Positions 1 to 11,290 of a stretch of DNA of 64,000 nt are shown in pieces; the stretch's first letter is position 1; the number at the start of each line of letters is the position of its first letter. The stretch comes from Octopus sinensis (lineage: Eukaryota), in assembly GCF_006345805.1 (NCBI RefSeq), contig NC_043000.1, positions 156,984,001 to 157,048,000 on the forward strand. The letters are read 5' to 3'. A program made the position numbers and the translations under genes. The notes beneath the pieces are model-generated. The model had not been told where the DNA came from. It did no database searches and worked only from the letters and a program-made list of their open reading frames with translations.

Positions 1-499
1 AAAGCAAGCTTGAACACAGAGTGATTTGAACTCAAAACGGAAAGGAATTCAGCTAAAAACCACAAGGTATTTCATCAGATGTTCTTCTAAATCTGCTAAT
101 CCGTTACCTGAAGATTCATATATTAAAAAATAGTTAAAGATACAGTAGTGAAAAAAGGATAGTTGAATGCCGGACGAAATGTATTACGTAGTTATGTCCG
201 TCCATCTAAGTTCGAATCTCACTACGCATTGCTTTGATTTTCATCTCTACTAGATAGAAAGATAAGAACCGATCATATACCAGGGTTGGTTTGAATAAGT
301 TACGACCCCTGCTCTTACAGAACTGGTGGTGCTTTGTACCAATTTGAAAATTACTAAATGTCAATCTTTTAACAAACCACATAGCTTCAACGGTTCAGTA
401 ATTAATATGGCTTTATGTAACGTTAAGCTGATAGATTTTGTCTATGAAATGTTGTTAGTCTCTATCTGATCATTTTTTCCCCATAATGTTTGGGAGCTT

Positions 500-1225
500 A
501 TTTCGCACGCTAGGGAAACTGTGCAATATAGAAATGTGTTGCCCAGAAACAACGAGATGCCCGCTTTACTGTGTGAATTGATATCTCAGAAGAAAGATCC
601 TTGTGTCCGCCCGGGCATCTTGTCTTCAGATAATGATAATTTCCGAAAGGTAATCTCCTTCTGTCTCCTCAGTTCCAACTTATTAGTTCTTATTCTATCA
701 ATGACACAAAACCTGTTTTAGAGTGGATATGATAGAATGACAAGTATGACTTCATTGTAAGTGCTTCTGTCATCTCTCAATCCTATAGAATGACTCGAAC
801 TTGGTACTACGAGCCAATGAAGTAAACGAAGTAATGGTCAACTTGATAGTGCTGTCGCTACTTACAACTACCAACTATTGTACTTTTGTAGAACCTACAA
901 ACGGCGACAAATAGACTGTACCATCCTTGACACTAACGCCGGTGACTGGATAACAACTGCAGGCTCGTTGGCAAATTATCTGATCGTCTTTCAGCTGGTC
1001 CCTAACTTTTGTATCGTCCCCTCTGTGTTTGGCCCCCTGTGGGCAATAAAGAAATTGATCATCTTTCAGCTTGGTTATCTGCAGCTCGCATTGGCTCGTG
1101 ACTTTTGGACTGGAATTAAGCACAGACAATTTAACACCATACTTCGATATGAGTAGCGAGCTAGGAAAATGTCCACGGATTCTATTTTTAAGAAACTGAT
1201 GTGTAGTTCGTTGCAATAGAAACAA
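500..1225 (-). mobile_element. Possible heavily decayed Penelope-like retroelement, N-terminal ORF remnant
   Basis: Minus-strand peptides (FLKNRIRGHFPSSLLISKYG...ITKLK; RKLSLSEDKM...) loosely resemble PLE N-terminal regions from memory. Interrupted by a SINE tail. Weak similarity only. Confidence 0.3.
997..1055 (+). mobile_element. 5'-truncated SINE-B tail with 16-bp TSD
   Basis: ...GTCCCCTCTGTGTTTGGCCCCCTGTGGGCAATAAAGAAAT matches the tail of full SINE-B copies. Flanked by TGATCGTCTTTCAGCT (981-996) and TGATCATCTTTCAGCT (1056-1071). Confidence 0.75.
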
Positions 1226-1522
1226 CTAGATATTCGGGTTACATGGTAGGATGATAGCTTTTCTGTGCGCTCTTGCTATTTCATATCGCACACAGCAAAG
1301 ATGCGACGAAAAATAATCGTGAGTCCTAAAGTATTTGGATTTAGATTCGTGAAGAATTGTGCAAACTCGTAAAAACAAACAAACAACAATTATTATTTTA
1401 TTAACATGAGAACACGACAATGATGGATAGATTACTAAACGGTTGGGATTTTACTCTGAGTGTAATATAAAGAGACTAATTGGAAAACAAACAAACAAAT
1501 ACATGCACAAAAAATATATATA

Positions 1523-1927
1523 GGCGCAGGAGTGGCTGTGTGGTAAGTAGCTTGCTAACCAACCACATGGTTCTGGCTTCAGTCCCACTGCGTGGCATCT
1601 TGGGCATGTGTCTTCTGCTATAGCCCCGGGCCGACCAATGCCTTGTGAGTGGATTTGGTAGACGGAAACTGAAAGAAGCCTGTTGTATATATGTATATGT
1701 ATATGTGTGTGTGCGTGTTTGTGTGTCTGTGTTTGTCCCCCTAGCATTGCTTGACAACCGATGCTGGTGTGTTTACGTCCCCGTCACTTAGCGGTTCGGC
1801 AAAAGAGACCGATAGAATAAGTACTGGGCTTACAAAGAATAAGTCCCGGGGTCGATTTGCTCGACTAAAGGCGGTGCTCCAGCACGACCGCAGTCAAATG
1901 ACTGAAACAAGTAAAAAAGTAAAAAGT
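1523..1927 (+). mobile_element. SINE-A (tRNA-derived head, CORE-like segment, internal microsatellite), full length
   Basis: Head GGCGCAGGAGTGGCTGTGTGG with A/B-box-like motifs, CTTGGGCA(A/T)GTGTCTTC CORE-like block, (TA)(TG) spacer, tail ...GACTGAAACAAGTAAAA. About 15 copies or fragments in the window. Confidence 0.9.
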
Positions 1928-2419
1928 ATAGTATGTGTTGGGAAAAACCACACAAATTTTGGGAGTACTCCACAAAAAGCAAGCGATCTCTTAAAAAAAA
2001 AGTAGTAGCATAAAAATTAAAAAAATGACCTAATTTCAAATATAAGTTTTTATATAGGAACACGAAAGAAAGATTAATAGAGCGAGTAAAAATTTACCAA
2101 ATGTGCAAATAATGATAGTCTGTATTAACAACCGAACGATAAAGATTTTCAGTGGTTTGAGTAAGTTGGGAAAATAATCTATATGTAGAACGCGTGGGCG
2201 CTCAATATCGCGTTACATTGACGATCACAAGTATTCAATTCCCGGACCGAGCGGTGAGTTGTATTCTTGGGCAAAACCCACCACTTCACGTTGTTTTGTG
2301 ACCATTTCGACATCTCATGTGTGGCATACTGAGCTCTGTAGAATTTGATGGAGGTTGTTCAGCAAGAAATTCCAGAACCTTCATCTGTTGTTTACGATAA
2401 GAGAGTCCATATATAGACC

Positions 2420-2611
2420 TCGTGAGTACCGCCAGCGATTTTTTTTCCTGTCTTCCCTTCTCGGGATTTTCCTTCTCCTATGTTTCCAACGAAGAGCTCT
2501 GCTCGAAACGTTAAACCCTCCTTCTTCCCTTCTTTCCTGAGCGTCCAATAATACTATATTTGTTCCACGTCCTCGCGTTATTGTGGTTTTTTTGTGTTTT
2601 CTTGTTTGGAT

Positions 2612-2627
<16 letters not shown>
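2420..2627 (+). mobile_element. Penelope-like terminal repeat (pLTR) fragment ending at (TA)n
   Basis: Contains GAAGAGCTCTGCTCGAAACGTT, a typical PLE terminal motif, followed by a T-rich tail abutting (TA)n. Confidence 0.6.
2482..2516 (+). ncRNA. Degenerate minimal type I hammerhead ribozyme
   Basis: GTTT-CCAACGA-A-GAGC-TCT-GCTC-GAAA-CG-TT-AAAC. Stems I and II pair; stem III is the palindromic ACGT. Core has G5>A, so probably inactive. Confidence 0.5.
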
Positions 2628-2660
<33 letters not shown>

Positions 2661-2664
<4 letters not shown>

Positions 2665-2900
2665 CTTTTAGTCTGTTATTCTTTTATCTATGTCAGTCAT
2701 TTGACTGCGGCCATGCTGGAGCACCGCCTTTAGTCGAACAAATCGATCCCAGGACTTATTCTCTGTAAGCCTAGTACTTATTCTATCGATATCTTTTGCC
2801 GAACCGCTAGGTTACGGAGACGTAAACACACCATCATTGGTTGTCAAGCGATGGTGGGGGGACAAACACAGACACACACACACACAGACACACATACATA
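2661..2900 (-). mobile_element. SINE-A 3' half
   Basis: Reverse complement of the SINE-A 3' module. Confidence 0.85.
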
Positions 2901-3239
2901 CACATTATACAACGTACGCCGTATATTTAGCGCAAACCCGTTCATTCAAGTTGTATGCAAGTTTGCCACTGACCTTTCAGCAAACTTACTAAAGGGCCGC
3001 GTTTGCCCCTCTCCGCACTTACCACTTTATTCAAGTGGTACTTTAAAAAAGGTTGAAGAGGGATCGGCCGGAGAGGAAAAGCCCAGTCATCATAAGTCCA
3101 TTCAATTTTGTCTCGCACATTATGTCTGTCATTTTAACCGCCAAATAGAAAGGTAAATGACACAATAACACGAAGCAAATTTTTGGAATTTATCTCATTC
3201 TGCACTGAACGAATGTAGTATTGAAGTGTTGTGTTAATA

Positions 3240-3653
3240 CATATTTCTTTATTGCCCACAAGGGGCCAAACATAGAGGGGACAAACAAGGACAGCACAAC
3301 GGATTAAGTCGATTACATCGACTCCAGTGCGTAACTGGTACTTATTTAATCGACCCGAAGGATAAAGGCAAAGTCGACCTCGGCGAATTTGAACTCAGAA
3401 CGTAGCGGCAGACGAAATACCTATTTCTTTCTACCCACAAGGAGCTAAACCCAGAGAGGACAAACAAGGACAGACAAACGGATTAAGTCGATTATATCGA
3501 CCCCAGTGCGTAACTGGTACTTATTTAATCGACCCCGAAAGGATGAAAGGCAAAGTCGACCTCGGCGGAATTTGAACTCAGAACGTAGCGGCAGACGAAA
3601 TACCGCTAAGCATTTCGCCTGGCCTGCTAACGATTCTGCTAGCTCGCCGCCTT
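3240..3653 (-). mobile_element. Dimeric SINE-B (Meta/MESC-like central domain) with one TSD
   Basis: Full monomer plus a 5'-truncated second monomer. Central GAGGTCGACTTTGCCTTTCATCCTTTCGGGGTCGAT resembles the Meta/MESC domain (from memory). TSD GTGTTGTGTTAATA at 3226-3239 and 3654-3667. Confidence 0.9.
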
Positions 3654-3677
3654 GTGTTGTGTTAATATATTAGACAG

Positions 3678-4140
3678 TTAGGTAGTGAGCTGGTAGAATC
3701 ATTACCATGCCGGAAAAATTGCTTAGTGGCATTTGTTTCGATCTTACAACACTTCCTACTACATTACGTTCCGAGTTCAAATGCTGCCAGAGTCGACTTT
3801 GCATTTCATCCTTTCGGGTCGGTAAAATAAGTACCAGTTAAACACTGGGGTCGATGTAATCGAATTTCACCCTCACTCGAATTTGCTGATCTTGTGCTAA
3901 AATTTGATATCAATTAGACTAGACAGTAAGGCGGCGAGTTGTTAGAATTGTTGCCGAGCCGGAAGAAAAATGCCCACCGGCATTTCTTTCGACTTCATGT
4001 TCTGAGTTCAAATGCTGATGGGGTCGACTTGCTTTTCATCTTTTAGGGTCGATAAAAAAGTACCAGTCGGGCACTGGAGTCGATGCTATCAACTCCACCA
4101 ATCCCGAATCGCTGGCCTTGTACCAAAATTTGAAACCAAT
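3678..4140 (+). mobile_element. Two tandem diverged SINE-B-related copies
   Basis: Each has GAGTTCAAAT...GTCGACTT...TCATC...GGGTCG...AAGTACCAG, with a tail different from canonical SINE-B. Confidence 0.75.
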
Positions 4141-4152
4141 ATATTATTAGAC

Positions 4153-4463
4153 GTGGAGGCGCAATGGCCCAGTGGTTAGGGCAGCGGACTCGCGGTCGTA
4201 GGATCGCGGTTTCGATTCCCAGACCGGGCGTTGTGAGTGTTTATTGAGCGAAAACGCCTAAAGCTCCACGAGGCTCCAGCAGCGGGTTGTGGCGATCCCT
4301 GCTGTACTCTTCCGCCACAACTTTCTCTCACTCTTTCTTCTGTTGGCCTGCTTGCTTAGCCAGCGGGGTGGCGTCATTTAAAGGCTAAAACAATGCGAAA
4401 CGCATTGTGACCAGCGATGTGTAGCAACATCTGATGGTCTGGTCGGTCACGGTGATCACGGTG
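4153..4463 (+). mobile_element. tRNA(Arg)-like-head SINE (OR1/OR2-like), tail type 1
   Basis: Head GGAGGCGCAATGGCCCAGTGGTTAGGGCAGCGGACTCGCGG...GGTTTCGATTCC. TSD ATATTATTAGAC at 4141-4152 and 4464-4475. Confidence 0.9.
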
Positions 4464-4574
4464 ATATTATTAGACAGGAGATATTCAGAAATGATTTCGA
4501 CATAGTTTCTTAAAAACTCTCCGAGACGGATTCACATATCGATGAAAATATACTTCTTCCTCCATCAATTGGTG

Positions 4575-4810
4575 CATCCACAGACACACACATGCATGCG
4601 CGCGCACCTTTAACATAGTTCTCAGGGGTATTCAGCGTGACACGGGGTGAGACAAAGTTCGCACCTTCGAAATACAGGTACAACTCATTTCTACCTGCTC
4701 TGTGGACTGAAGCAATGTGAAATAAAGTATCTTGTCCAAGGACACAACACACCGCCGGGAATCGAATTCACGACATCACGATCGTCAACCGAATACACTA
4801 AGTCACATTC
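4575..4810 (-). mobile_element. SINE with CORE-like head and tail type 2
   Basis: Different head (GTGTCCTTGGACAAGATACTTT) but its 3' module matches that of 35836-36221. Confidence 0.75.
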
Positions 4811-4920
4811 CTTCACTCAGACAAACAGACAGACATTTCCCTTGTTTCCAAAGAATTGCTGGAAATATTTCCGTAACAAGGAATTCACTAGGTGACACGT
4901 ATTTCCCATTGACTCCCATT

Positions 4921-5152
4921 GTATGTATGTATGTATGTATGTATGTATGTATGTATGTATGTATGTATGTATGTATGTATGTATGTATGTATGTATGTAT
5001 GTATGTATGTATGTATGTATGTATGTATGTATGTATGTATGTATGTATGTATGTAGTATGTATGTATGTATGTATGTATGTATGTATGTATGTATGTATG
5101 TATGTATGTATGTATGTATGTATGTATGTATGTATGTATGTATGTATGTATG

Positions 5153-5183
<31 letters not shown>

Positions 5184-5257
5184 TGTATGTATGTATGTAT
5201 GTATGTGTATGTGTATGTATGTATGTATGTATGTATGTATGTATGTATGTATGTATG
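4921..5257. repeat. (GTAT)n microsatellite
   Basis: Directly visible; explains ORFs at 4732-5362. Confidence 0.95.
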
Positions 5258-5606
5258 CTTATTCTTTTCTTTTTCTTTTACTTGTTTCAGTCATTTGACT
5301 GCGGCCATGCTGGAGCACTGCCTTTAGTCGAACAAATCGACCCCAGGACTTATTCTTTGTAAACACAGTACTTATTTTATCGGTCTCTTTTGCCGAACCG
5401 CTAAGTTACGGAGGACGTAAATACACCATCATTGGTTGTCAAGCAATTGTGGCGAGACAAACACAGACACACAAATACATACATACATACATACGTTCAT
5501 ACATGCATACATACATACATACATACATACATACATACATACATTACATACATGCATACATACATACATACATACATACAAAAATACATACTATATATAT
5601 ATATAT

Positions 5607-5645
<39 letters not shown>

Positions 5646-5667
5646 TATATATATATTATATATATAT

Positions 5668-5740
<73 letters not shown>

Positions 5741-5744
<4 letters not shown>

Positions 5745-6366
5745 ACTAATGTAGGATAAGATTTTTTCAAAGAAAAAATTTTATCAATGGCCAGCATATC
5801 AAAAAATACCTTTAAAGGTTAAATTTATAAATAACTTATAAAATAAGAGCAAGAGAAAAATTCTAATGCCAAATATGCCGAAAAAAAGACAAAATTGTCA
5901 ATAACCATTATAATTTATGCGTCTCGAAACATGTCGATAGAAATTTCTAAAAAATTCCGTTATAACCGTTTTGGTCCCATTTTCGGGGTTAATTCATAAG
6001 AATTTTCCCCTCTTCAGCGATTTATACGTAAGGCATAAATGGAATACTTACTCATACCCATGGAAAAAGCTAGCACTAAGTCCTGAGCAGACCTAAGTAC
6101 CCCAGATATATCCAAAATAGAAAATCTTCAGCACATCCCGAGACACGTGCGATTCGATCTAGAAACTTTCATAGAGTGAGAGAATCCGGAAGTGAACACT
6201 ATTCAAATTTATAACTAATGTAGGATAAGATGTTTTTCGAAAGAAAATTTTTTTATCAATGGCCAGCATATCAAAAATACTTTAATGGTTAAATTTATAT
6301 ATAACTTATAAAATAAGGGCAAGAGAAAAATTCTAATGCCAAATATGCCGAAAAAAAGACAAAATT
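5741..6366 (-). mobile_element. PLE-like partial tandem (469-bp period, about 1.3 copies)
   Basis: Direct repeat 5741-5896 and 6210-6366 (TATAACTAATGTAGG...GACAAAATT); the unit carries an HHR-like core. Confidence 0.7.
5978..6046 (-). ncRNA. Candidate type III hammerhead ribozyme
   Basis: TATT-C-[C ATTTATGC CTTAC GTATAAAT C G]-CTGAAGA-GGGG-(18 nt)-CCCC-GAAA-ATG. Intact core, UUC triplet, weak stem III, one bulge in stem I. Confidence 0.55.
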
Positions 6367-6584
6367 AGAATTTTTCTCTTGTCCTTATTTTATAAGTTAT
6401 ATATATATATATATATATATATATAAGACAGTCCTCTTTCAGTTTCCGTGCACCAAATCCATTGACAAGGCTTTGGTCGGCCCGACGCTATAGTAGAAGT
6501 TAAGTTTCCACGCAGTGGGACTGAACTCGGAGCCATGTGGTTGGGAAGCAGGCTTCTTGCCACACAGCCACTCCTGCGCCTATG

Positions 6585-6620
<36 letters not shown>

Positions 6621-6699
6621 TATGTGTGTGTGTGTGTCTGCGCGAGCGCGTGTGTGTGTGTGTGTGTATGATAGATCGCTAGCCACTACACATTCTTTA

Positions 6700-6858
6700 T
6701 TCTCTCTCCCTATTTCTTTCTGTGTTATTTTCTGTGGAAGAGCGTAGGCTCGAAACGTTAAAGACTTTTTCACTTCCCGAGCGTTAAACTAATACATCCG
6801 TTTGTTGTCTACACCACCTGCCTTCATCTTTTGTTTTTTTTGTGAATTCTCTCCCCCC
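6700..6858 (+). mobile_element. pLTR fragment with degenerate minimal HHR (6728-6763)
   Basis: TTTT-CTGTGGA-A-GAGC-GTAG-GCTC-GAAA-CG-TT-AAAG; same family as 45130-45300. Confidence 0.65.
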
Positions 6859-7844
6859 CTATATATATATATATATATATATATATCTTTGTCTATCTAC
6901 TTATCTGCTTAGTGATTTTGGATAATAAAAAACTATACAGATGAATCCTTCGAATTTAACTAAATTCTATATTTTTTATGCAGCTGGAGATTGCTCTACA
7001 TTTTAAATTGATATAATGTTTGCATTGTTCAATTAACTGGAGTCGCATGAACTGATCGTACTGCATTACCTCTGGATATCCTTGTTGCTTATTTTGATAT
7101 ATATATACACACATATATATATAACAGCTGCATCCTCGTTACACGAGGAAAGCCATTGCCAAGAAGACTTACTGAAATGATTCATGATTGTTGCCATGTG
7201 ATGCCCTTATATGACTTTTAAGCCCGGCTAAAAAAAAAAAAAAAAAGAAAAAAAAGAATTTCAGATGTTTGGCTATTACCGAAATTTGCCATTGAAACGT
7301 GGGCCCCCACTATAGGGGACTTTTTCTACGCATTCATTAATGCGTGTAAAAGAAAACAGTTAGTTTGTCACACATTTTGGAGTGTTTGCTCGTGCAACAA
7401 TATCTCTCTTAGTAACAATTTCATAATATTTTAAAGTACAATGATTAAAAATAAATAAGTACTCTTGTTACCTCATCATCAGATACCAAACTAGAGGCTA
7501 TAAAAAGAATGCAAATAGAAAAACGGAAAAAATATCGTTACAGAACCATTTGATTATACGTCATCTCTTTAAAAAGCCATATTATATTGGGCATAAAGCT
7601 TCTCCACTAACACTTACTCGCAGTAAACTCATGGAAATATTAAGACAAATTGTGCTTCGATGGGTGATATGACAGTGTCACCCGTCACTTTCTCAAGACT
7701 CTATCTAGGAGCCAAATTTTAATTCGGTTACAATGAGAAAATCGAAGAAATCAGTTCAACGGTTTTTGCATTTCGTGGTTGATTTGAAAGCATCATGACA
7801 CTATCAAATATGCGTGGCATTCAGATAACAGTGGAATCAACAGC

Positions 7845-7941
7845 AGAGTTCAAGGTCAATCTGTGCCAAGTGGCTTTACTTTGCGTGCTTTAGCTTCGTT
7901 ACTATAGCAACTGTCCGGATACTTATTGGTCAGACCACGTA
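7845..7941 (-). mobile_element. Mariner left-end fragment
   Basis: Reverse complement closely matches the start of the mariner at 56321 (TACGAGGTCTGATCAATAAGTATCCGGAC). Confidence 0.8.
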
Positions 7942-8069
7942 TAATCATAGCATAGGCCAATACAGCGAAAGCACTAACACCGAACATGATAATATAAACC
8001 ACACCCGTATCCCTAGCGATATAACCAGCATAAACCAGAATGCGAGAATCTCTGCTTCCGAGGAAGGTC

Positions 8070-8569
8070 ATCATCATCATTGTTCGACGGTGGTCGAGAC
8101 AATGGAATTTACCATGCTACGCCAGACTTCACGGTCCATCATGGCATTACGGAGGTCCTGTTGCTGGATGCCTGTATCCCTGGAGATTACATCAGGTGGT
8201 AGGAGAGTGTGCACCCTCTGGTATCGCGAGTAGATGGCTTCCAGAGGAGAAGAGTAGAAAGACATTCTCTTTCAGCTCTACAACAATGTCCAGCAAACTG
8301 GACTCTCCTACCTTTCACAAGAGATGACACAGGTGGTAGTTTCCCATATATTTGCATTTTGGTTGGATGACGCTTCCACGAGAGATTTTGAGCTCTCATA
8401 AGGAGGCGAGTGTAGGTTCCATCCAACCGCCTCTCAAGCTTCTTTGATAACATCCAGGTTTCAGAGCCATATAGTAGAATTGGTTTGACTGTGGCTTTGA
8501 AGATTTCAAGTATGAAGTTTCTACTTAGATTTGATGACCAGATCTTATGCATGTCGGAGTACGGCTAAA
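8070..8569 (-). mobile_element. RTE-clade LINE 3' fragment
   Basis: Peptide ...PILLYGSETWMLSKKLERRLDGTYTRLLMR...FAGHC...AMMDREVWR (frameshifted), (TGA)n tail, TSD CGAGGAAGGTC at 8059-8069 and 8570-8580. Confidence 0.85.
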
Positions 8570-8850
8570 CGAGGAAGGTCGGAGTACGGCTAAAACGAAT
8601 GTTAACTCTAATAGCGCCACTACAGCTAACTCTAATACGACCAGTACGACCACCACCACTAATACTACTATTACTAATACCACCACTACTGCTACTACTA
8701 ATAATAATGATAGTAATAATAATAGATAATAATAATAGCTGCAATAATAATGATAAGATCCAATTCCGTAATACCACCCTTATCTTTAACTTGTCTATAA
8801 ATAGTACAACATTTTCCCTCTCTACAACTAACCAGCGTAGAACGGATAGC

Positions 8851-8935
8851 TGCAACTGCCGATCCGGGACCGAATGCCCGCTGCGAGCCCACTGCAGAAA
8901 GTTTAACGTAGTATTCAAATGCACTGTCCACAACA
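8851..8935 (+). mobile_element. PLE fragment at the start of the GIY-YIG endonuclease region
   Basis: CNCRSGTECPLRAHCRKFNVVFKCTV matches the PLE CNCR-x4-CPL-x2-C-x4-VVY motif. Confidence 0.6.
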
Positions 8936-9446
8936 TATTACATAATTCGGATCTTTTTGGCTTGGTTGCCAACATTTCAAAAATTAAAGTTTAACCAAAA
9001 TTTTGAAATTTGGCACATTAATATACTTTTCCAAGCTGAACTGCTGGAGTTATTTGACTTTCTCCAGAAAAGTGTTTTTTAAAAAGTTATAGAGGTTTAA
9101 AGTTTGATAATTTTCACCCAGTCAGGAAAGAAGATTTGGAAGCTGTTATTTTGTGAGTGATTGCACATTTTGTCGTCAACATCCTGAAAATAGCACGTGT
9201 TGTCAAGAAAGAGTTTTAAGCATTGCGATAACACGAACTTAAACATTATATATATAGCTGTTATTTTTAGCACATCTCCCTCAACAACCTCAATGAGAAA
9301 ATGAAACGAATAGACAACACATATTTTGTAGTTTTAAGCATTCAATATACACACATACATACATGTGTGTGTGTTAATATATATATATATATATACACAC
9401 GTATATATGTATGTGTATATATATGTATTGTATATTATGTATGTAT

Positions 9447-9481
<35 letters not shown>

Positions 9482-9505
9482 TATATAATAATATATATTA
9501 ATAAC

Positions 9506-9550
<45 letters not shown>

Positions 9551-9704
9551 ATTGTCTGTCTGTCTGTCTGTCTCTTTCCTCTCTCTCTCTCTTCTATATA
9601 TATATATATATATATACACATACACATACACACACAGTTACGCACACACACACACACACATATATATATAAATTACACACACGCATTATACACGCACACA
9701 TAAA

Positions 9705-9750
<46 letters not shown>

Positions 9751-10131
9751 CATATATAATATAAACATATATAAAACACAAATAATGTTTACTAAAAAAT
9801 AACAAAACCATTTTATTTAATAGTATATGTACTTCTATCCACACTCACACACGCGCACACACATGCACGCGCACACGCATTGACATACATTCACACGTAC
9901 ATAACTGCATACACGATTACATGCACATAGATACTTGCGTACACACGCATACACAAGCACTACTGAAACAATAGTGTGACTAATTAGTGTAGATGACTCA
10001 GTGAATGTCAATTGTGGTATAAACAAATACTTGCCTATAACTATAGACAGAAAAAAAAATTTAGAAAACAAAAGCAGAAAAACCTACAATAAACTTCCGG
10101 CAGTTTGCCAACCTTGTAGCATTGACCAAAA

Positions 10132-10177
<46 letters not shown>

Positions 10178-10489
10178 GCACACATACATCACGCGCACAT
10201 ATGTTATGTACACTTCGTAGATATGTGTATGCATGCTCTAGACTGTAAGTCACATGTTTACTTCAATTCAGTGACGGGACAAAATTAAACTTCTGTTTAC
10301 CAGTAGAAATAATGTAAATCAGGTGAACACATGTGACACTATGTGGAAAACGTGGAATAGTTTTATACGGAGAAACTAACAATGGTCTGTGTTGGCATAT
10401 AACAAATACAGACAGTTCACAAATTGCAAGTGTATTAGTTTGCTGTGGGAGAAAAGAGAAGAAAAAGGAACAGACATCTGACGTTTCAT

Positions 10490-11290
10490 TCATATAAGAT
10501 TCTTAACCCGATGAAGTATCGCTATGCGAAACGTGAGGTTTCTATTCGTTCTTAACTAACTTCTGTCTCTGTGTTTATTTGCTTTTAACGCTAGGGAGCG
10601 ACAAAACGAGATCTAGTACCTAGTAAAAAAAGAGCAACCATATCTCCTTCAATTCATGCTCTACCGTTGAAAATAAGATGATGAAAAAAAGGACAATTTG
10701 AGAATATAGTCTACTATATAGACTAAGGTTTGTTTCCTCTTTTTAATGCGAGGAAGCAACAAAACGAAAGGCAGTACATGCCAAAAAGAGCGACTGTATC
10801 TTCCTCAATCCATACTCTACCGTTCTAAAAACGAAGGGAAACAAGGAGATACTGGAGGAAAAAAAACGGATTTATTGGAGAATATAGTCTAGCACATAGT
10901 CTAGGGTTCTTAATGTGATGAAGGGTCTCTATCCGAAACGTAAGATCTCTATGCTTTCTTAATAACTTCTGTTTCTATGTTTGTTGGCCCCTTTTAACAT
11001 GCAGAAGCGACAAAATCAGAGCTAGTACATGCTAAGATGGGTGATTAAATCTCTCTCGATTCATATCATACCGTTCTAAAAGACGGAAGAAAGGACAAGG
11101 ACACATTAGAGAATAGAGTCGAGCACATAGTCTAGGGTTCTTCATCTTCTGTCTCTGTGATTGTTTGCTCTTTTTAGCATGAAGGAGCGACAAATCGAGA
11201 ACTATTACGTGCGAGAAAGATTAACCAAATTTCGCTCAATTCATACTCTACCATTCTAAGTAAAATAAAAGAAAAAAGGGGAAAAAACAT
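10490..11290 (+). repeat. Diverged tandem array of four 160-250 bp units, two with HHR-like motifs
   Basis: (G/A)AGC(G/A)ACAAAA anchors near 10596, 10754, 11005 and 11185; recurring GAGAATA(T/G)AGTC...ATAG(T/A)CTA(G/A)GG; HHR-like motifs at 10508 and 10915. Confidence 0.75.

Larger units (their letters stand above)
5259..6580 (-). mobile_element. SINE-A split by microsatellite expansion and a nested insertion
   Basis: 3' half at about 5259-5480 and 5' half at about 6425-6580, same orientation. The internal (TA)n hosts 5741-6366. Confidence 0.8.

Noticed and set aside
4155-4230. tRNA-Arg-like sequence (also at 21290-21360 and 35836-35910)
   Set aside because: No complete cloverleaf; followed by SINE body and flanked by TSDs.
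6960-7240. Possible hAT transposase traces (GVxxTD, C-I-L...AIAKK)
   Set aside because: Motifs need several frameshifts to read; not convincing.
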